A stretch of 61,742 bases of DNA from a bacterium (lineage in GTDB: Bacteria; Eisenbacteria; RBG-16-71-46). The DNA lies in the NCBI GenBank assembly GCA_046076045.1, contig JBJTRI010000083.1, forward strand, positions 1 through 61,742, in the 5' to 3' direction. Shown piece by piece: positions 56,508-61,742 of the stretch. Under the pieces are notes generated by a model. The model did not search any database. It was not told the origin of the DNA and was given only the letters and a program-made list of their open reading frames with translations. The first letter of the stretch is position 1. Each line of letters starts with the position of its first letter. The translations under genes and the position numbers were made by a program.

Positions 56508-58622
56508 GTGAGCCCCTCGTTCCCGACCCGCCGCGCGCTCGCGACCCTGCTGCTGCTCGCGGGATTCGCGATGGCGCTCCCGCGTTTCCTCACGCACGGT
56601 CCGTATCCCCGCCTCGGCGCGCGGGTCGCGGCCGACGGCGTGGTCGAGGAGATCCTCGGTCCGCCCGCGTCGGGCCTGCTGCGGCCCGGGGACCGGTTGC
56701 TCTCGGTCGGTGGCATCGAGGTGGGGGACCCCGCGGCGCTGGAGCGCCTGGCGCAGGATGGCGGTCCGCGCGGTCCGCTCGAGGTCGTGTACGAGCACGA
56801 CGGGGTCGTGCTCGCCGAGACCCTGCCCCCGACGCAGCTCTCCCCGTGGCAGCGCTTCCGGCTCGCAGCGGCGCCGATCGGGTTGGCGGTCGCGGCCCCC
56901 GTGGTGGCGTTCCTGCTCGCCTGGCGACGGCCCGACCTGGTCACCGCGCGCGTCTTCCTGGTCTACGCCCTGCTCTTCGCGCTCGGGGTGCTGCGCGCGG
57001 TGTTGCCCTACGCACAGGCCGAGCTGTCGCCGTGGTTGAGGTCCCACCTGCTCGTGTACGAGACGCTCGTGATGTTCTACCCGGCGGCGTTCGTGCACTT
57101 CATGATGCTGTTCCCGCACCCGCGCCGGTTCGGTCGCGACGCGGTGCGGCGGGCGTGGAACGTGGGCATCGTCGCCAACTACCTCGTGGCCGCCGTCCTC
57201 ATCGTGGTCGTGCACCTGCCGTGGGGCGTGCCCATCGAGGTGCTCACCCGCGACTGGCCGGCGGTCGCCACCCTGCTCGGCACCGGCGTGCTGCTGCAGC
57301 GCTACCTCACGCGCGGCCCGGAGTGGGCCCCGGACGTGCCCCAGCGCGCCCTCGCAATCGTCGTGGCGATCGCCATGCTCGCCAGCAACCTCGTGTTCGG
57401 TGGCGAGACCACCGATGCGTGGCTCGTGCGCCTGTCCGAGACCGCCCCGGCGCACGTCGTGTTCACGCTGCTGTTCGCGCTCTGGTTGGTGACGCCGTTC
57501 CTGTTGTCGTACCTCATCGCCGACGACCCGATGTTCGACCCGCGGCGCATCATCGTGGGCGGGCTGCCGTACGCGCTGCTCTCGGCGCTGCTCGCGGCCG
57601 TCCACCTCGCGATCGTGCTGGGCGGGCAGCGGCTGTTCGCCGACGTCACCGGCGAGCAGGCGCCCGGGTTCAACCTGCTCGCCGCACTGGTGCTCGCGTT
57701 CGCGTTCGCACCGCTGCGCGACCAGGTGCAGCGACTCCTCGCGCGCCTGTTCGGGCGCGACCTCGAGGCGCTGCGGCGCGCGCTCGACCAGACCGACGAC
57801 CGTCTGCTCTCGGCACTCGACGCCGACGAGGTGCGGGTCGCGGTCGAGCGCGGACTCGAGCAGGGGCTCGGGCGTGCGGTGGCGTTGCGCTGGGAAGGCG
57901 CGGACGGCCCCGCGCTCACCGCGCCCGAGAGGCTCCCGCGCCGCGCGCGCGGTCCGGTGGTGGCGCTGTTGCGGCACGCGGCGGTGCGCGTGGAGAACCT
58001 GCGGCTCTCGGCCGAGCGCGTGGCGGCGACGCGCGCCGAGCTGCGGGCGCTGCAGGCCCAGGTCCAGCCGCACTTCCTGTTCAACGCCCTCAACGCGCTC
58101 GCCTACCTCATCGAGACCGACCCGCGCGCCGCTCAGCGCTTCACGGGACGGCTCGCCGACATGCTGCGGTACACGGTCGAGGCCGGACAGCGGGTCGCGG
58201 TCCCGCTCGCCGACGAGGTGGCGTTCGTGGAGGACTACCTGGGCGTCGCGCGCGAGCGGTACGAGAACGCCATCGAGTTCACGACCGCGATCGAGCCGGG
58301 ACTGGGGACCGCGAGCGTGCCGCCCCTGCTGCTGCAGCCGTTGGTCGAGAACAGCCTCAAGCACGGTCTGCCCAACGGCGATCGCACCCTGCACCTCGAG
58401 TTGGTGGCGCGTCGCGAGCGGGATCGCTTCGTGCTGCGGTTCCGGGACGACGGCGTCCCGCGCGGGTCGGCCGCACCCGGCACGGGTGTGGGGCTCGAGA
58501 ACCTGGAGCAGCGCGTGCGTCACTTCGGAGGGCCCGAGGCCCGCATGACCGCGGCGCGCGACCCCGAGGGAGGCTTCGTGGTGGACATGACATGGCCGGT
58601 GTCGGAGGGGGAACGGGAGTGA
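56508..58622 (+). CDS. LytS-type histidine kinase with N-terminal PDZ-like domain and multi-TM region
   Basis: PASGLLRPGDRLLSVGG (PDZ-like); ELRALQAQVQPHFLFNALN; LLQPLVENSLKHG; GTGVGLENL; start approximate. Confidence 0.88.
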   Translation: MSPSFPTRRALATLLLLAGFAMALPRFLTHGPYPRLGARVAADGVVEEILGPPASGLLRPGDRLLSVGGIEVGDPAALERLAQDGGPRGPLEVVYEHDGVVLAETLPPTQLSPWQRFRLAAAPIGLAVAAPVVAFLLAWRRPDLVTARVFLVYALLFALGVLRAVLPYAQAELSPWLRSHLLVYETLVMFYPAAFVHFMMLFPHPRRFGRDAVRRAWNVGIVANYLVAAVLIVVVHLPWGVPIEVLTRDWPAVATLLGTGVLLQRYLTRGPEWAPDVPQRALAIVVAIAMLASNLVFGGETTDAWLVRLSETAPAHVVFTLLFALWLVTPFLLSYLIADDPMFDPRRIIVGGLPYALLSALLAAVHLAIVLGGQRLFADVTGEQAPGFNLLAALVLAFAFAPLRDQVQRLLARLFGRDLEALRRALDQTDDRLLSALDADEVRVAVERGLEQGLGRAVALRWEGADGPALTAPERLPRRARGPVVALLRHAAVRVENLRLSAERVAATRAELRALQAQVQPHFLFNALNALAYLIETDPRAAQRFTGRLADMLRYTVEAGQRVAVPLADEVAFVEDYLGVARERYENAIEFTTAIEPGLGTASVPPLLLQPLVENSLKHGLPNGDRTLHLELVARRERDRFVLRFRDDGVPRGSAAPGTGVGLENLEQRVRHFGGPEARMTAARDPEGGFVVDMTWPVSEGERE

Positions 58623-58624
58623 CG

Positions 58625-59389
58625 ATGGAGCGCAGGATGCGGGTGTTGATCGCCGACGACGAGCCGCGTGCGCGGCAGTTCCTCGAACGTCTGCTGGTGG
58701 AGCACGCGACGGTCGAGGTGGTGGGTGCGGCCAAGGGTGGGGCCGAGGCGCTCGAGATGGCGCAGCGGCTGCAACCCGATGCGGTGTTCCTCGACATCCA
58801 GATGCCCGACCTCTCGGGGCTCGAGGTCGCGCGCCACCTGCGCGGCGCGAACGCACCGGTGGTGGTGTTCGTCACCGCGCACGACCAGCATGCGGTCGAG
58901 GCGTTCGAGCTCGCCGCCCTCGACTACGTGCTCAAGCCCATCGCCCGTGAACGGTTGGCGGCCACGCTCGAGCGCGTGGCGCGCGAGGTCTCGGCGGGCG
59001 GCGGTTCGCCCGCGCGGGTCACCGAGGTGGCGCGCGAGCTCGCGACCGAACCCGGCGCCGCCGCGCCGCTCCACCGCCTGCCGGTGCGGCATCGTCGCGA
59101 GGTGCGCCTGCTCGACCTCGCGCAGGTGCCCATCGTGTTCTCGCGCGACCGGCTCGTGCTGGCGCGCTCCGAGGGCCACGAGTACCTGGTGGACTACACG
59201 CTGCAGGAGCTCGAGGAGCGTCTGCCCGCGCAGACGTTCGTGCGCGTGCATCGCGCGGCACTGGTGAACCTCGCCTCGATCGAGGGCTACGGCACCGAGG
59301 ACGGCGTGCTCGTGCTGCGGCTCAGCGACGGTACGCGCGTCGAGGTGAGCGAGCGGCGCGCGGCCGAGGTGCGGCGCCGACTGCGCTAG
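58625..59389 (+). CDS. LytTR-family response regulator
   Basis: VLIADDEP, FLDIQMP, FVTAHD..A.EAFE..ALDYVLKP, TLQELE, FVRVHR..LVN, VSERR. Confidence 0.94.
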   Translation: MERRMRVLIADDEPRARQFLERLLVEHATVEVVGAAKGGAEALEMAQRLQPDAVFLDIQMPDLSGLEVARHLRGANAPVVVFVTAHDQHAVEAFELAALDYVLKPIARERLAATLERVAREVSAGGGSPARVTEVARELATEPGAAAPLHRLPVRHRREVRLLDLAQVPIVFSRDRLVLARSEGHEYLVDYTLQELEERLPAQTFVRVHRAALVNLASIEGYGTEDGVLVLRLSDGTRVEVSERRAAEVRRRLR

Positions 59390-59403
59390 GGGCGCCCGAG
59401 ACG

Positions 59404-59440
59404 CGACGGCCGCCGTCCGGGGATCGGACGGCGGCCGTCG
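59404..59440. terminator. Hairpin between convergent genes (bidirectional terminator candidate)
   Basis: 16-bp perfect stem CGACGGCCGCCGTCCG/CGGACGGCGGCCGTCG, 5-nt loop. Confidence 0.7.
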
Positions 59441-59459
59441 TCGCGAGTGGCGGGGTCGT

Positions 59460-61133
59460 TCAGCGCGGGGCGCCGGGGACCGGCAGGGTCTTCATGAGCT
59501 CGCGATTCAGGAGCGGCTGGTAGGCCTGCACGAGCGAGTCCGTGTAGGCCTGGAAGTGCGACTCCTGCGCCAGTTCGGTCGCGCTCCCGAGGAGGTTCGA
59601 GCGCAGGTTCTCGGGCAGGTCCGCGAACGACGGGGCGACCACGTCCTTCTCGATCATCTGCAGGATGCGCCAGCCCGTGCCGTGCGGTTCGGGGCCGGCC
59701 CAGCCGCCGACCGCCAGCGACTGCAGCGTGCCCACCGAGGCGGCCCACTCGGGGTCGGCAGCGGGGTCCACCACCGTGACCTCGCGCACCGTGAGTGCCG
59801 GGTCCACCGCGGCCACGGCCTCGACGAGCGAGCCCGAGGTGCGCGACTGCCCGAGCACGCGCAGCGTGGTCGCGCTGTCGGGCAGGTCGGCCACCGCGAA
59901 GCGCGCACGGCGCACCTGCACGAAGCGGTCGCGGACCTGCTGCCAAACGGCCTCGACCTCCCGCGGCCCCGCGGGCGGCGCGGCCGCGACGATGCCCTGG
60001 TACATGGACTCGAGCAGGAACTGGTCGCGCCGGTTGCGCAGGTCGCGGGCCACCTCGGGCTCCTCGTGCAGGTGCCGGCGGCGCGCCTCGGCCATGAAGA
60101 CGCGCATCATGACCTGCTGCTCGATCCACATCTCGATCGCGACGGTGGAGTTGCCGCGCGGGCGCAGGGTGTTGGTGTCCTCGAAGTCGTCGAGCGCGTC
60201 GCCCAGTGTGTACACCTGGGTCGCGCGGCCGTCGAACCACGTCGCGAGCACCTGCTGGCGGACAGCGGAGTCGGGCTGCCAGGGCTCGCTCGGCTGGATG
60301 GCGCGGAACACGGTCTGCGCGCCCTCGAGCTGCGGCGTGAACGCGTACTCCTGCTTGAGCGTGGCGTAGGCGCGGTCGAACGCCGCGCGCTGCTTGCGCT
60401 GCCGCGCGAGGTCGAACATCGCGGCACGCTGGGCCTCCCACGTGCCCGACTCGCGCGGGGTGCGTTCGGTCACCACCATCACGAACCACCCCTCGCGCCC
60501 CGAGTACGGCCCGCCGACGGTGCCGATCGGCAGCGTGCGCAGTGCGGCGTCGAGCGGGTCCGGGAGCGAGCCCGGCGGGACGGGACCCATGTCGCCGTCG
60601 GGCGGCAGCAGGCCCGAGAGCGCGGCGTCGGCATTGACCTCGAGGAACGCCTGGTTCCACGACGCCCCGGCGCGTTGCTTGGCCTCGAGCCGCTCGATGG
60701 CGCGCTCGGCGCCCTTGCGATCCGAGCGGTAGAGCAGGAGTACGTGGGCATCCTGCTTGCGCGCCTCGTAGAGCGCCAGCGCTTCGGCCTCGGAGACGCG
60801 CTGCGCCTGCGGTGCCATGCGGCCCACCAGACCCTGCACGAGCAGACGGCGCTCGTTCTGCATCTCGCTGTTGCGCACCACCGCCGAGGTGTCGAACCCG
60901 TTGCGATGCGCCAGCTCCAGCATGATCGCGCGCCGCAGCAGGTCGTCGAGCAGTTCGCCCCGCGCGTCGGCCGAGGTCGCGTAGGTGGACTGCGAGCCGG
61001 CCGCGGCCCGCTCGTAGTCGGCCACGGTGACGGTCTGCGACGTGGTCTGGATGAGGACCGGGCTGTCCGAGCTGCACCCGGTGGCGAACAGGGCCAGCAC
61101 CAGCGCGCAGCGGATCGGGGCGGGGATCTTCAC
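59460..61133 (-). CDS. Lipoprotein with degenerate parvulin/PPIase-like (PrsA/SurA-like) domains
   Basis: Lipobox FATGC; GAGGA RBS; ELLDDLLRR.IM..LA, GDMG...LP..LDAAL..L.IG.VGGP...GWFV repeated in weaker form. Confidence 0.72.
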   Translation of the reverse strand: MKIPAPIRCALVLALFATGCSSDSPVLIQTTSQTVTVADYERAAAGSQSTYATSADARGELLDDLLRRAIMLELAHRNGFDTSAVVRNSEMQNERRLLVQGLVGRMAPQAQRVSEAEALALYEARKQDAHVLLLYRSDRKGAERAIERLEAKQRAGASWNQAFLEVNADAALSGLLPPDGDMGPVPPGSLPDPLDAALRTLPIGTVGGPYSGREGWFVMVVTERTPRESGTWEAQRAAMFDLARQRKQRAAFDRAYATLKQEYAFTPQLEGAQTVFRAIQPSEPWQPDSAVRQQVLATWFDGRATQVYTLGDALDDFEDTNTLRPRGNSTVAIEMWIEQQVMMRVFMAEARRRHLHEEPEVARDLRNRRDQFLLESMYQGIVAAAPPAGPREVEAVWQQVRDRFVQVRRARFAVADLPDSATTLRVLGQSRTSGSLVEAVAAVDPALTVREVTVVDPAADPEWAASVGTLQSLAVGGWAGPEPHGTGWRILQMIEKDVVAPSFADLPENLRSNLLGSATELAQESHFQAYTDSLVQAYQPLLNRELMKTLPVPGAPR

Positions 61134-61221
61134 GGGCGTGTTCCTCGTGGGTGGTGGTCGTGCTCCGTTCGGGCGAGGGTATGCGGTGCCCCGGCCGCGC
61201 GGCAAGCAGGCGCGGTGCGGT

Positions 61222-61742
61222 TCAGCGGGCGCGGCGTGTGGCCAGCAGGCGCTCGATCGCGTCGGCCGCGCCCTCGGCACCGGGTTCGTGGCGGACGCGC
61301 TCGGCCACCTCGCGCGCACGCCCCACCACCGCGGGGTCCGCGAGCAGCGCCGCGAGCTCGCGCACGAACGCCGCGGCGCTCACGCGCGAGCGCGGCAGCG
61401 TGCGGCCCACGCCGAGCCGTACCACGCGCATGGCGTTGTCGGGTTGGTCGTGGCTGAACGGCACCACCAGCGTGGGGCGCCCGGCGCGCAGGGCCTGGGC
61501 CGTGGTCCCGATGCCGCCCTGGTGCACCACCGCGCACGCGGGCGGCATGACCTCGGAGTGCGGCGCATACGGCACGCGCACGACGGGGTCGGCGCTCGTC
61601 ACCACGGCGAGGTCGGGCACGCCCGCGACCGGGTTGCGGTCCTCGATCCCGGTGAGCAGCACCGCGCGGCGTCGCAGTGCTCGTGCGGCTGCCGCAGCGT
61701 GGTCGTAGAAGCGACCCGCGGTGAACACCGCCGACGAACCGA
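61222..61742 (-). CDS. Family-1 (UDP-)glycosyltransferase, C-terminal part (5' truncated by window edge)
   Basis: YAPHS.V.P....VVHQGGIGTTAQALRAGRP.LVVPFSHDQPDNA. Confidence 0.88.
   Translation of the reverse strand, partial: GSSAVFTAGRFYDHAAAAARALRRRAVLLTGIEDRNPVAGVPDLAVVTSADPVVRVPYAPHSEVMPPACAVVHQGGIGTTAQALRAGRPTLVVPFSHDQPDNAMRVVRLGVGRTLPRSRVSAAAFVRELAALLADPAVVGRAREVAERVRHEPGAEGAADAIERLLATRRAR

Overview
A very GC-rich chromosomal window from a diderm bacterium. The gene style loosely suggests an FCB-group lineage such as Ca. Eisenbacteria, but that is an inference only. It holds about 53 protein-coding genes; I found no rRNA, tRNA, CRISPR array, integrase or transposase. Housekeeping blocks are pstCAB-phoU, thiL, map, eda, rsmA, tatD, metG, ricT/holB and surA-ftsE-ftsX-envC. 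The most interesting accessory modules are: (1) a five-gene operon at 38578-43387 that encodes the pyrrole-2-carbonyl-PCP starter machinery (proline-type adenylation enzyme, prolyl-PCP dehydrogenase, carrier protein). It has no PKS/NRPS partner and instead carries two exosortase-A-associated-type alpha/beta hydrolases, making it a candidate pyrrolyl-transfer system. (2) A lipoprotein monoheme cytochrome, a Cyc2-like cytochrome-porin fusion and a YceI protein in one operon at 13545-16329. (3) An XRE/degenerate-S24 regulator heading an efflux-plus-NnrS operon, with a ~10-copy degenerate C-rich tandem array upstream. Also present are several apparent pseudoenzymes, an FtsE with a long disordered tail ending in a clamp-motif-like QPDLF, and a recurrent TANNNT hexamer 6-7 nt before ATG that suggests widespread leaderless transcription. 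All product calls come from motif recognition by eye, not database searches.
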